Assembly (NCBI GenBank): GCA_040954595.2
Contig: CM082580.2
Coordinates: forward strand, 11,980,909 to 12,044,908
Length of the DNA: 64,000 bases
Direction of reading: 5' to 3'
From: Balanoglossus misakiensis
Taxonomy: Eukaryota; Animalia; Hemichordata
Part shown: positions 1 to 14,484 of the stretch, in pieces
Position numbering within the stretch: position 1 is the stretch's first letter
How the letters are laid out: each line of letters opens with the position of its first letter
Position numbers and translations under genes: made by a program
The notes under the pieces: model-generated
Seen by the model: only the letters and a program-made list of their open reading frames with translations
The model's database searches: none
What the model was told of the DNA's origin: nothing

Positions 1-3000
1 TTCATTGTCCAGCCATTTCTTTTGTTCTTCAACCTTGTGTTGATCTTCACTGACAATCTGAGCACTGCCTTGTCTCAATCTCCTCTGGGCTGCGGCAACC
101 TACAGATTGCAGCGAAAGTCTTATCAGGATCACTACTCTCAAAATTACTCAACAGTTCACACAAATTTTCAAGGAGTATTCTCAGATAAAAACTCCCAGT
201 TCGATATTTTCCAAAAAGCAATTTTTCTGGGACTTTCAAAGTCAGACTACATACCTCCTCTGTTTTCCGTTTTAATATTTTCTGTTGCTGCTCATTTCGG
301 ATTTCCAATTCTTTTATTCTCTGCTGGTCTCTCTGCATCTCGCGCTGAAACAAAACGAAGGCATGTTGATTGTCATGACTTTGTAGGAATGACACAATCT
401 TAGTCGTACATCCCATCGGTGCAATTCATGAATGAACTCAACTTCAACATCTTCACCAAATTCCTCTTTTGCAGTAATATTTAAGGGGAGAATTCTTACT
501 TCCAGCTTGACTTTTCTGTCGGCCTCTTCCTTCAATCTCCTTTGCAACAACTCCTGCTGTTGTCTCATCTTGTCAACTGCATGTTCCAAATCTGTCACTT
601 TCTTTTCGTTTTGTGTCTGCATCTTGATCACCTTTTGTGATTCCTGAAGTGAAGTTTTGTGATCAGAAAAATAAATCCTATAGCACGATTTTCCAGACTG
701 CTTTGGCGCATGAAGTGAACACACCAATACACAACCTTACACTATCCTTGTGCGTTTGGACATGACCCTATACAGGGCTATCATGCCAACGTTTTCCGCT
801 GTATAAACATTTAGAAATTATTGTCATTGTTCTTAAAAGACCAGAATATTGTGACACTTCCACAAACTTACACTCTGTCGTCTTTCTAAAGCTTTAATCT
901 TCATCTTGGCAGCATCCACTTTCTTCCTATAGTCAGTCTGTATTTTCTGTTTTTCTAGGTTTTCCTGTTGCTCTTTGGTTTCCAAATCTTTCAATGTTTT
1001 CTGTGCTTCAAGTAGCTCTTGTTTGGCAGTCTCGGACTCCTGTAGACAAAACAATATGTACACTATTACACAGCTTTCTCTGGGCTCAAATCAACAAGTA
1101 AAACGATTGATAGTAAAAAAGCGAAGTCTTTCCTCTCAATAACCTATGTGTACACAGTATGATTTCAAATCAACTCAAGTAGCTCATTCTAGTGTTTGCT
1201 TTACCTTGTGTAACTGTCTGATTTGGGAGGAGTATTTCTTGTTCATAGCCTCAGACTCTTTACTTGTTTTCACAAGTTCTCTGATCAAGCCTTCCTTTAA
1301 CCTGAAATGAAAGAATGAGAAAATCTTGCTACAGATAGACAATACTGATGTGAAAAGTTTATTGATGTTTACTGTAACCATTTCCTTGATGCAATCTTAT
1401 ATTTTGTAACTTGAGTGCTGTGGTATCTGGAATCAGTGCACAAACAAATCAGAGCCCCAAATTCTTACTTGATATTTAGAGACAAATCTCTCATCTTTTG
1501 CTGTGCCTCCTGTAGTCTAATACTCGACTGCCTGACTTGTTGTTTGGTCTTCTCCGTACTCACTCGGAGCTTGTCCACTTCGGAGGTCTCATCCCCTGTG
1601 GAAACAGTTCTACTATCTGCCAACAGCAAAAAACACATGAAGGTTTTCAAATCATGTACACTACTTAAAATGGGGATATGTAAGCTTTATTACAATACTT
1701 GATTTGACCATGTAGTTGGACCTGCCACGTTTGTAGGGTGACCGTGGATCCATATACACAAAACGGGGATGAAAGTTGCTACATTACAGAAAATACTGAA
1801 AAAAATTGTCAGAGTTACAGCTATGTTTCAATGAAAGCAAAAAAAACAGTCACTAATTTTTAAATTATACCTGTTTTAGATTTAAACTATTCACAAACTG
1901 ACACAATCACACACACATCTCCACTGCTGATTCTTAGAGAAGTTAGCTTTAAAACTAAGCGAAAGAAGTTAGGCATTGACGGGTTATTGTTCTGATCAAT
2001 GGGGTACATTGTACCAGTGTATTATGGGTGTCAGTTATTACTTTGCTGCAAGTTTCTACAGAGCAGCTTGCGTGAAAGCAGAAGGCGCAGAGAGAGACAG
2101 AAAACACGAGTCTGCCAGAAGCAGCAATGTTATATGCAGAAGAGAGTGTAAGCTGCTAACTGTGTTACTGTAGATGAGAAAATGTTACATGTAAACGTGT
2201 GGGAAACCAGTCTGTTTTTTATACCTAGACCATAATGGGTTTCAACTTCATCAATGACCAGTCTGTCGAAGCTTGAATCAGCTACAAAAGAAATCCAGGA
2301 GGGAAAAATGCAAACATTGCAAGGAACGGAGAATTAGTTTTTCTGCTTTCGTTTTGTATTTTTGAGTTGAACTAGCATGAGCGGTCTATACAGCTAGCTG
2401 AAATAGATTATAATGAGTTTACAACACAAGACCTGCACAGTCTACTTTATTTCTCATGATACATTTGGTGAAAATGCCTCAAATGAGAGCATCATTTCCA
2501 ACTTTTAATCGTAAGACACTGACAATCCTTGATGGGTGATGATTAACTCAAGTAAAGATAAATGTTATTGTTTATTGTAATTATTAATTGTGTTATCAAC
2601 TTCTCGGCAAGTAACATCCCCATGTCCACTGTCAAGTATACATCCATTAAAACCAATTATTGTTACGGTGCAGAGTGGATGAAGGCTGTCAAATGAGATA
2701 AATCAGAACTTACTTTTTTTGACGGGTATTTTGCCTTTGTATTCATCTCTTCTTGCTTTGTTTATAGTCATTGTTCCCCTGAAGCCTCTGCCTTTGCTCC
2801 ACGTCTTGCCCAGAGGTTTTCTGTCAAGAATATATGTTTATTCCAAACTCACACCAACATCTTCTTTTAATTCAACTTTCCTATGTAGAACCTTGCTAAT
2901 CATGACATGTTCATGCTGAATTTACTGGTCATTACCAAGACTTCCATACAAATACCGTAGATCTTAAAGAAATAGGTATCCATCTTGTAGACTAGCCAAA

Positions 3001-6000
3001 TTTTCCAGCTAGTTACAGTGACGGATACCACAAAGAATCACATTGATATTTAAGTACCTTTCTTGGTCTGCCTCATTTTCAAACACTTCATCATCACTAA
3101 ACTGTTCTTGCAAGACTTCATCAAGATCTTCCAGTCTGTTGATGAGGAGTTGACTTCGTGCTCGGAATCCCTGCACAATTCTCTCCATGGAAAACTACAA
3201 AAATGCACCACAGGGAAAAAGTAACTTTGATACAATGTTGATGTACATGTACATGATTTCATCCCATGCACTGTTTTGTTTTGTTAGCAATCTTGAATCT
3301 ACTTCTGCACATGTCAAACAAAACTAGTATTTATATAACACACAGCCCAGCTACTTTGCGTGCCACCCTATCTAGACCCAGATACACTTCCAACACCTTA
3401 CCAGTTAATAACAGTCACCTAGCCAGGACTAAACAACAACAACCACAGTGCCAGGACTATACTATAATTTTATACCAACTACAACTACTCACTCTCTGCA
3501 GAATTCAAATGTTTACACAGTGTATTGGTGATGCCACAGCACAAAGTGTACAGAGTTTTTTTTTTTTTTCTGGGCACAACCCTTTTACCCCAAGCTCTGT
3601 GTCAAGTGGTCCAACCAAATCATTGAAAGCAATGTGAGGTGAAACTAACGTGCAGTGGTGAAATGGGTAAGGCAGGTAAAAGCAGTGTTGAGTGCACATC
3701 ACAGCAATGAAGGCCGGGTTAGCAAGACATGCCATGAACAGAAAGTAGTGTGCCACAGCTACAGTCGTCAAAAAGGATTGCTAATGTATTTTTTTCCATG
3801 TGACAACTTGATGCAGTGTTGATCAGCACAACTACTGGCAATCGTAGATTTTTTTTCTTTTAATTTTGAAGTGAAACCAAAGTGCAAGTAAAAACAGGAA
3901 AAAAGTACTCAGAAAAAAGACTTTGTACACTTCCAAGCAACATGCATTGCACTTCTGTGGTACCGGGGGGTAAATGCGAATACCATGCTTTTTCGGCAAA
4001 ATGCAGTTACTGGCCATTGTACAAAACTCCACAGCAAACACAAGCCATGCTACCTCATTGAGATTATATTGCACCAGAACTCATAATTCACCCCTCTTCC
4101 TCTGTATATAGGCTCAACCATGCAACCATGAACAACATGGACCAGACCAAAATACAGTGATGGAAGGGTTTCACTGTCACTCTGGGCAATTTTTGTTAAT
4201 ACTCCTATCACATTTAGTACGTTCGTTTATTGTTCTATATTGTATAAGGCAAAGTATCATGTTTTCAAACTGAAACAGAACAGAACGTGGAATTACAAAG
4301 CAAACATTTTCACAAAAGAAAATATTGCCAAGAGTGACAAAGAGGATGAGAGGATTCCTTCGTAACAAAAAGTGGTCAGTTTGGTGAAGATGATGATGAT
4401 GATGATGAAGTGAAGACACACTGTAACAAAAGCATGACAGTTGGCGAGAATCTGAACCAGAATCGTGATTTGCGCGACCTTTGAAATAGATTCTGATTCT
4501 TACTCGAATGCCAACTGTTCCGTTGTGAGGAAAAACCAACATACTTTAGAAGTGATATTCAATTTAGGAGGCCGCAGTTTCAGGTTACCATGCAGAGAAG
4601 CAAAACGCTTGACACTGTCCTGGTTCAACAAGTATTTACCAGAGTTGGTGACACGCTGAGACTGTGTGTGAGGGGGACACAGAGAATAGACAAAAAACAT
4701 CACCAGAGTCACAGGGAAAAACTTACAACAATACTTGCAATATGACATAGTACAGTACTTGGAAAACATTAACAATGACAAGAAAGTAGTAGACAGCAAA
4801 GCTATCGACAAAAATCTGTAACAATTTTAGTTGAACAAAGATACTACTGATGTAATTGGGTTGAACCTTGCTATACGAAATGATTTATGTACTTAAATAA
4901 AATATAAACTGTCTGGGACAATTTTTGCACTGAACACTTACCATAGCAGGACTGGTGTGTACTTTTCGAGATTCCATCTGTGGAACATCAGAGCTTGTGG
5001 ATTTGTTTCTTTCTCTCAGCGTCCGAGCAGGCACTGACCTCGCTCGTCTTCCACCAGTCAACGGCACATCAATATTTTCTATGCCTTCATCGTCTTCATC
5101 CTAATGGGTAACAAGGAAAAATTCTCATCCTTACCATGTTGGAAATCAAACACAAGCACACCTCAATTAATGGGCTGAGATACATAACTCTATCCACTGA
5201 TCAGCATTCTTTACAACTGACAGAGAATGCTTCTGCAGACTTTGAAGACAATGAAGTCACATCCACCGAGTGTCTGTCTCTGTCTGATGGATTTCAATGA
5301 ATGTCTTTCTGTACCTTTTCCTTGTTTTTACTTTCTAACTCTTCGATATACTTGTGAAGTTCGGCTATTTTCATTTGTTGCTCTACAAGTTGCTGTTCTT
5401 GTTGGTTCTGTCTTTCCAAGGCCTCCTCCAACATCTGAGCACTTTCTCTGTTTGCAGCTTCCTACAACAACAAATACACAACAAATATCTTGAAGTCTTT
5501 CTTGTAAATTATTCTTTCTGTCAGTGAATATCTGCATGTCATTTAGAACTTAAACTACTTGAACTTTCTTTCTTACCAGAAGTGAAATCTTGTCAAACAA
5601 TTGGTTATTCTCTCTGGCTTTCTCTGCGAAGATCTCTTCATCACTTGCAAGATCGTCTCTGGCCTAGAAAGGAACAAGCTTCAACATTATCACCAAAGAA
5701 GAACCAAAACAACAACACAAACATATATTAGAAATCTATGCAATGGCCAGGTTTGAAAAGTCTCCTGCACATGAATGTATGACATTTTATAAAACACAGC
5801 CATTCATAGTGTGGATGAATATATGGTAATTCAAATATTCCAAGAGGAAGAATGTGAAAATATTCACCTTTTTCAAATCCTGTTCCAACTTTTCAATAAA
5901 ACTCCTATCAGTATCCACATTCTCGTTTTTACTCGATGTTTTGATGTCCTCCTGTGTCTCTTCAACCAGATCCAACCAATTCTGAATTCCAGCTGACTGC

Positions 6001-9000
6001 GATTTCCTCAGCGACTGGTTGTCTTGTAATTTCACCATGATCTTGAATGCTTCCTCTGTGCAAATTCTGTAATGGGCGTTCTCTGTTTTCAACCTGGCGA
6101 AGAAAAAAAGGTTTAAAAATGAATACTATGCAAAATGATGATCAGAGAACTTTCTTCAATTCCCTCCAAGAGACAAAAGAATGTATTCACATTGATTTGA
6201 AGGAACATTGCTTGTCAAAGGTTTACTGGACACACCAGCAAGATAAACTGATATAACACAGAGATAACTTACTTGGCAATCTCATCTTCTAATGTTTTCA
6301 TCTTGGTTATGACTTCTTCTCCACCCTAAAGAGAAAGACAATGCCACATTTGTTGATGTAATTTTTTCCCTTATGACATCATGTATCAAGTCATTGCACG
6401 TAGCATCCAGAAGACTCTTTCAAAAAAACTAATATGAGAGAATGATTCCAGAAGACACAGTTGTAGTAAATCAAAACACAGAGTATGTTATAAAGTAACT
6501 TACATATTCTGACTGCCAGTCAGACTGTCCTGCACTTTTTTGTCGATGTAACTGTTCTCGTAATGCTTGGATTTCACTCTGCATTTCTTCCATTTTGATC
6601 AACTGCTTATCACGATTCACGATTGGCTTGTTTTTGATATTCCGAGCCTAGTGTAAGGGGAAATGCATCTGTTACTGAAAATTGTATTTCTGATAGATAG
6701 AATGATCACAAACTTGCCAATAAGACAATTCTTCTGTTTTTCAAAGATAACAGTAGTACATGCATGCACACTCTACTTACCCTATTTGCATACTTCAGTG
6801 CATTCAATGATTCATCAAAATTGACAGAGGAGGGACTAACGCAGGCTATCATCACTGTGTTGGCATTTCCACCCAAGGAATCTTTCAATATCCTGGTGAT
6901 TTTCGAATCTCGGTATGGAATGTGTGTGGCCTGTAGACAGATTGAAGTTGTAGTAATGAGTCTAGTATATTTGAGGACAGCTCATGACAGTAGTGGGTTC
7001 TTATACATTGCATACATGTACACATATCTACATGTAATTGTGCTCCAGGCACTTCACAGTTATTACCCTTCGTCACTGGACCCATCGCTCCTGGGTGGAG
7101 AGAAGCAATGTCAAGTAAAACCCTCTCCCATTTGTCAACTAGGCTGATGATTGAACATCTACACCCTTGTTTACTTTTGACACAATCAGAAACAGTAGTT
7201 CACAAAACATATGTATATTCAGCATAACACATGTATCATTGCATGTTGTCTATAATACTGACCTTCTTTTTGGTGTCACCCAGAGCACTGATCACATTGC
7301 CAAGTGCTAACAGACCTGTATTGATATGGATGGATTCTGCAAGGGGTAAAGACAGCACACAAAGGTTACTGTTAATGTTTTCCGTGAAATGATTGTGGGT
7401 AACGTCTTTCAAGATATGTGCTTTGGTAACTCCAGTATTAATTCTGGAAACAATCTCAAGTGGACACTACTGAATTTTACCTTTGAAACGTTCACCAATG
7501 TTTCCAGTTCTGTGAGCGCGCTCAGACCCAGCCAAGTCTACAAAATGGAATTTTGCACTCATGAACTGTGTTGTTGTACTGGAATCACTGTCATCGTCAC
7601 CGTCATCATCTTCTTCGTCTTCATCCCCACTTCCCGCTTTGGACGGAGCCAGACTTGTGTTCCCTTGCCATCTTTGCTCTGTGATCCAAGACATAACATT
7701 TCATTAAAGGCCCATGTTTGGTGACGTGGGTTTTTCTATCATTTTGTCTGTGAACGGAACTGTTTATTGGGAAACATAGGTCAGTTTTGCATGACACGCG
7801 CCCGTGTGGAGGCAATACAGATTTGTTCATGGTAGTAGATGTAAAAGATACATAACAAATACAACACTTCATGCTTGGCTGAGGACATCTGTATATGTGC
7901 CTGGGGGACAGAAGTGGTACAATGCATGTACATGTAGTACCTACCAATAATAACTGAGAACACAGTGTGCGATCTACTGGAATGTTCATTCATGTTGGTG
8001 GTCCCAGTGTGTCTGTAGGCAGATCCTGTCTCCAAGCAATTCATCACTTCATCCACAGAATCACACTGCACTTCCTTGATACCCATCAACACTGAAAGCA
8101 ATGCAAAGAAAGTCCAAAGGACAACATTAAATTAAATAATGCTGAGTCAGTTCTAGAATATCATTTAAGTAAAATTAGCCCAAAGGAAGAAAGGGAACTT
8201 GTCATTTTGCAAGAAATGAATACAGACGGCTATTCACAAGCAGCCTGTAACATCATAGATTTTAAGGTTGTTTGGCTCCCGGCCCTGACCAGTAGAAATA
8301 CTGCTCTGTAATGCAGATTTGGTCAACTATTTTCGTCTAGTTATGAACTGAACACACCTACACCACAAACCACTGACAAACAATAGGTGCCTATCTCTTT
8401 TCCTTCTTCAGGACTACACTGAATACAATGTACATATAATTAGTTTAACTGCAGGGACTATAAAAAATTTACAGCCTCTGCACCACTTTCATGATATTGT
8501 TCTTGTTCACCACAAAAGAGAGGACTAATCATAAGTTACAACCCTGTCATCCCCATTTAACTGCCTATGAATCCAATTTTACCACTGACAACAACAGCAA
8601 GGAACAATACTTTGGTGTATCTCACCTGTATTGCCTTTGTCATCTTCCCGGATTGCCAGGTCTTTACTGGAAGTCTCTATATCTAACAAATCTTTCAGCT
8701 CTTCTTTGTAAATTTCAATGTAGGAGATCCTAACTGTGGTATCTCTGTTGTGATTGGCCTGATTGAGGAAAAGAGAAACAGTAGTAAGTTACATTATCAA
8801 ATGGTAACATGAACGAGTGTGCTGAACAGATTTATTTGCACATTTGTTGAAGAAATTGTTTCACTGAATGCTGAAAATGATGTATACGTGTGATGAATAG
8901 AAAAAAAACAAGCTGCAAATAAACTTTGAATGAAAGTGATCACACTTGGCAACTTTCCAGCGATTTTATTGAGTCAAGTTTAACGAGCAAATGATCCCAC

Positions 9001-10261
9001 CTCTATCATTTGGAACATCTGCTTCATAGCTCTTGGAATGATTCCAAATTCTTCCTCCGTCATATCCATGGAATTACTCCCAGTAATTGTGTATGTTTTT
9101 CCTGAGCCCTAAGCACACACAGAAATCAATGTCAATCTAAAACTGTGGTACAGTACCAGTATCCTTCCTGCTGTCTATGTCTGAGAGAAGTTTGGACTGA
9201 TCATCCAACTACTGAAGTCGGTCCTTGCTTAATGATGGATTGACTGAAATAGCTAGGATCTTAGGGAGAGGCAAGCAATATTGTATTTCATAAAATGATC
9301 CATGGACAGATTTCTATGTTGAAGGGATTACTCACAGTTTGGCCATATGCAAACACTGTTGCATTGTAGCCATCAAAACAGGACTTTAGTAGAGGCTCCA
9401 CACAGGTTTTGTATGTTTCCTCCTGTGAATGACAAATCAGTTCAGAGAAATCATGATAAAATGACACAGAAACACACAGATATGTTTATTTTAAATACAA
9501 TCTATATTATTTAGCCCATAGACTTGGATGGGGCAAGTCTACAGTGTACACCAAGCATGTTTGTCAGTACTATGAAAATGCACATGCACATTGTTTCAAG
9601 CAATGTGCATGTACCTGTATATCGTGCATCACCTCACCTGGGTACTCTTAGCTGACAATACATAGTCAAATGTAAATGCCCTGTCTTTTCCAAGAACAAG
9701 TTGGTTTGAGCCACCTAAGATCTTCAAACAAACTTGGTGGTGGTGGAGTTTTTCCTTTGGTAATAAAGGGCGTACCTGGAGATGTAGAAGGGAAAATGTG
9801 AAAAGGTTAATATATATATAGCTACATGTATAACTTGTGGAATTGTTGTTCAATTAGTTTCTGTATACACTGTACAATACCCATACAAATACATGTATAA
9901 GAGCATATAGTCCCAATAATCTGATGCATTTAAATGCATGTGTATCCATGGACACACTGACAGTTTGACTGAAGTTAAAATTTTCTTCTGAGTTGTGTCC
10001 CAATCACATACATAATTTTGTGACAATATGGTGAATGGATGTACACTTCCCATGAAATTGGCTTTCAGGGTGAATGTCTCTTTGCTGTCCAAAATTGATC
10101 ATGTCTGGATGAGGGCTCCATGCATGCATGACGACTTGCCTTATGGTTCATTCACATCCAGAGAACCCTCATCTAGTCATGATCTACAGTTAATGTGACC
10201 ACGCTTGACCAGACTCTAGCACACTTACCCGCACAGCCACTTTCACCGGTACTTCTTGCAT
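1..10261 (-). CDS. KIF27: Kinesin-4 family ciliary/Hedgehog kinesin KIF27-like (KIF7/KIF27/Costal2 group), multi-exon, 3' part runs off the window
   Basis: First coding exon 10261-10229 [11 protein letters not shown], then VRPLLPKE..., P-loop AYGQT|GSGKT (about 9340/9100), switch I NEHSSRSH, switch [31 protein letters not shown] and LKYANR|ARNIKN. The stalk has RKVHTSPAM|[25 protein letters not shown] and QKKWLDNE, matching vertebrate KIF27 as I recall it. The exons checked are bounded by GT-AG. Confidence 0.9.
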
Positions 10262-11868
10262 AGTCTAATTTGTATTAGGCAGGCTCCACAGTTCAAAATC
10301 TATTTCATGTTGTTCGAGAGTAAGCAGTATAAGCAGGCGATGAATTGACTGGACTTTGGAAAGATCTGTGAATTTATGATAGGAAACGAAGAAAGGCCAA
10401 ATGTAGTTTTTATGCAATCACAGGTGGTCTTGGATTGTGTTTATTTCCCTGAAAATGAAATGAAACTAAATCAAATCTTTGACAAAATCCAACCCTTCTT
10501 CTGTTGAACTTGTGGTACTTTTATAAAACATTCTGGTATGCAAAATCACCTGTTTGGATTCTGTTGAATTTTAATATCATTATTTCAATGTAAAACACAA
10601 ATGTCTTGTAATCTTTCAATATTATAGCACTGCAGTTCATGTGTATCAGCTCATGTATATATGCATGCACATGTGTAGCTGCTATGATTGTACTTGTAGC
10701 CGGTGCTGCTCAGTTGATGATGCTGTGGACAACTGACTATGGTGTGATCATTCACTGACTGCAGTTATAGACAACATGACTGGTCATGTTTACATGAAAC
10801 TGATTACATGCTACGACAATCATGTCCATACAACCACACACTGCAAAAAATCTTCACAAGAATTAGATTATCATGAGCTTTCTTCAGCTACATCTACCTA
10901 CTTTTGACATTATCTATACAAATTAAGTACTTGCCAAGAAATTATCTTACCGTGCAAGTTGCATTCACTACGACGTTGTATGTGTCTACACTGACCACCT
11001 TTTGTGTACAACTAAACTGTCAAATATTTAGTGAGTTGGTAATCAAAAGACATTTATTCAAGACAACGCCATTATCACTATCACTTCCAGAACCTCTCTC
11101 CTTTATCAATAAATTTTAATAACAATATTTTTAATAAAAGATAAGTTTAACTGCAATTAGTATAAAATGATGAGAAAGTATTTCTTGTGTAACGTATATT
11201 TATCGAATTTGTTACTGTGTGTATACCCATTTCCTCAATTTGTTGGAATCAAACAAGTGACTTTGTCTTTATTTTGCTATAACATTCATTGTTTCACGTT
11301 TTATGGTCAATATTGGTCTTGACCAGTGAATAATAGTTCATCTTCAGGGAGACTATTGATTCTCTCTTCACAAGAACCAGTTACTTTCTCGCAGCACAGC
11401 GCAGAAAACGCATGAACGTGAAAATAGGACAGAGGAACCAGACTGCTACAATTTTCAGTGGAGGAACGAAAGTACAAACTAATAAACAGAACAGCATTTC
11501 CGGTGTTGATGGTTACAACTTGTGCAACTGCCTGTCGGAAAGGGAGAACTTTGTGGGAGAAATCTTCTGAGTTCCGAAATTCTTTTTGCATTATCAGAGA
11601 TTTCAGATGTCGACTGAAAAGACGTGCCAGTCAAACTCAACCAAATTAGTATAGATTTCTCTTGCGACGTCGAGTGCTTTGTCACTTTGTACGGAAACTT
11701 GGGGAAGCCGGAAGCTGATCAGTGTGTGTGCTGTAGTGCGTTCACTTCACGTTGCGTTTACGTCAACATCACCGCGATCACCACGAGTGTCTGTGGTACC
11801 TTAACGGGTTGACTGCCAACCACAGGGGTTTTATTGGGAAAGAATCATCTTTTCAACAGTTTCCGAAT
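10262..11868. promoter_or_regulatory. Divergent promoter region between KIF27-like and SAP30BP, including KIF27 5' UTR exon(s)
   Basis: Head-to-head start codons 1.6 kb apart. Minus-strand acceptor near 10449 and donor near 10950 suggest a non-coding exon. CpG-richer patch with an ETS-like CCGGAAG near 11708. Confidence 0.5.
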
Positions 11869-13733
11869 ATGGCAGAAGGGGCAGGGATGTCCAAGAGTGA
11901 GTCAACAACGGCCATGATGGCCCTAGCGAATTATGCAGGTGATTCTGACCAGGAGGAAATTTCAGGAAGTGATGGTGAAGATAGCAATATAGTGGCCTTG
12001 GACAGGATCAAAACAACGAAAGCAGAAGGTCTGTACATATGCATCCACACACAAACACATATAGCTGCAATTATTGTACCTTATTTCTCCAGCAGTTTTT
12101 GTGTATATCAATTTTTACAGAGCATAGTAGCACAACACAATGGTAAATGTTTATATCTATTTTTATATACATGTAAATGTTCAGGTCTTGTGTCATACGG
12201 CAATGAGGAGGAGGAGAAGAAGGCTACAGAAGTTTACAGTGAAAGTGAAATGGGATTTTTTGAAGAAAACGAAGCTGATGTCTCAGTTGAGAGCATAAGA
12301 GTAAGCATAAAACAGTAATACATGTACTTGAAATTTACCCTTTCACCACCATGATCTTATTGTTTTCTCTGGTAAAGAAAAGTCCAAGTAATAATTTTAA
12401 TGACTTTTGATTTCTAGCAAAACCTGGTTGATAACTCTTACCTGGATGCCTCGGTCAATTCAGATTCGTTATCACAGAGTGTGCGACATCTGTCAACGGA
12501 ACAAATACAGCTACCCCCAGAACCACCAGGCAGATGTTCAAATCACTTACAAGTAAGTGTGTTTTGAAAGTGACTGGCTTGAACTTCACAATTTTTCTCA
12601 GTTACCAGTAATTTAAGAGTCAAATCAGACTCGCGTGGTACTCAGGCAGAAAGTCATGCAGAAGTTATTGTGAAAAAACATTTACTGATTTTATTTCTCT
12701 TTCATTTTGCAGAATAAGATTACAAATTATTTCAATAAGGGGTTTGACTTAAATGGTATGATACAAAAGAGAAAAGATTTCAGAAATCCAAGGTAAGACT
12801 GTAACTATGAAAAAAGTCTGGAATATGAATACAATTTATATAACTCTCTGATCTGTCATGGCATAAAATACCGGTCCATTAAAGTTAATTCACAGTATAT
12901 TAACTCGTTTTCATATCTTTTCAATTTTGCAGTATTTATGAAAAGTTGATATCATTTCTGGGAATAGATGAAATGGGAACCAACTATCCATCAGATGTGT
13001 TTGATCCACATTCCTTGCCTGAAGAGTCCTACTATGAAGCATTAGGTTAGTAGCAGCAAGTCTTGAGTCCTTCTCACTGTGACATTTGTAAACAAAGTGA
13101 GGTCTTTTATTCCAAATCATTGTGAAAACAGTTTAACTTTTAATCATCCTTATATGAACCCTTTTTCCGGAAAAGGCAGTATCAATGGCAAATTTATTTT
13201 ACTGGTACCTCAAGATTAACAAAAGCTATTTTTTTCAGCCAAAGCACAGAAGGACGACATGGCAAAGCGTGAAAAAGAAAGAAAAGACAGGACGAAAGTG
13301 GAATTTGTGTCGGGGACAGTCAAGAAAATTGGTTTAGGAACAGCTGCAACTGCCACAACAGCTGCTACAGGTTTGTGCATTTAGTTGCAGTTTGTTTGGA
13401 CTGTTCATGAATGATGTTTATTCTTTGTTTTTGAAAATTGCAGTTGCAGTCTAGACTAAGACCACATGTATTTGTAACAAACTTATTGAGCATGACTAAT
13501 CTTGAGGTTCATATTTTTGTGAATCCATAGATGAAACAGGCAAAAAGAGGAAGAGTAAATGGGACCAAAGTGGGACCACAGTGCCGGTAGCACTACCCAA
13601 ACCAGCCATCACCATAGTGACCACATCGATACCCAACCCACAGGTCGTCACTGTGACCACCACTGCCACTGGTACCAAAACGACTGTCATCTCGGCAGTT
13701 GGCACCATCAAAAAGCCAAAGCTGGAGAAATAG
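11869..13733 (+). CDS. SAP30BP: SAP30-binding protein (HCNGP family), multi-exon
   Basis: MAEGAGMSKS...ALANYAGDSD; spliced exons give LPPEPPGRCSNHLQ, IQKRKDFRNPSIYEKLISFLGIDEMGTNYP..FDPH...YYEALAKAQK...RTKVEFVSGT and KRKSKWD...TKTTVISAVGTIKKPKLEK*. These are HCNGP hallmark motifs. Confidence 0.93.
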
Positions 13734-14484
13734 CTCAGATCCTGGTCAGCAAAGGAAGAATGTTCTCTGTGATCAAGTTTCCCAATGTCTTGCTGTTAAA
13801 ATGTGATAAAGACTTTTTATTTGTGTCACATCTCTGCAGTCAAACTCTGGACTTCTCGTGAACTTTTTCCCCATCTGTCCATTGACAGTACTGTCATTGA
13901 GCATATACAGACATACATGTATTACGTTAATCCTGGTTTTAATCTCAACCTGTTCTCTGCTGTTTATGAAATGTGAATCCAGAAAAAAGTTACAAAATGG
14001 CATTCGGATAAAAGTTGGCAGAGCCGCAATTTATTTGTCTAAGAGAACAGTTTGTCCGGAAACGACTAGTCACGAATCCACCAAGTTACTTAATACGTGC
14101 GTTAAATTATTCTCGGTCTATTTTTCCAAGTTGTTAATATCTGTCTTGTTTACTAAAGGATTTTATGGAATTGAAGAAATGAATGTGTTCACCGTCATGT
14201 GGCATTCCATTGGGTTATCATGTCAAAATAATGCACAGAGATATTTCCTACTCACTGTAGGTAATGTGCATCTGAAACGTTTGTTTTGTCATTCATTTGA
14301 ACTTGACAAAAAAATCTTGTCAACCTTAGTTTTATAATAAAAATGATAAAATCAGATGGAACTGCTGTTTAGCTTGTATGTATTTGAAATGTGGTTACTT
14401 CATTACATTGTGGAAAAGTGATCGTATCTATGGTGCAAAAAGCGACTTAACCATCAAATCTACAAATCGGTGATCTTGGGGAAA

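Noticed and set aside
1915-2120. Additional KIF27 microexon candidates after pyrimidine tracts
   Set aside because: Candidate lengths (14 and 16 nt) are not frame-preserving, or they introduce a stop.
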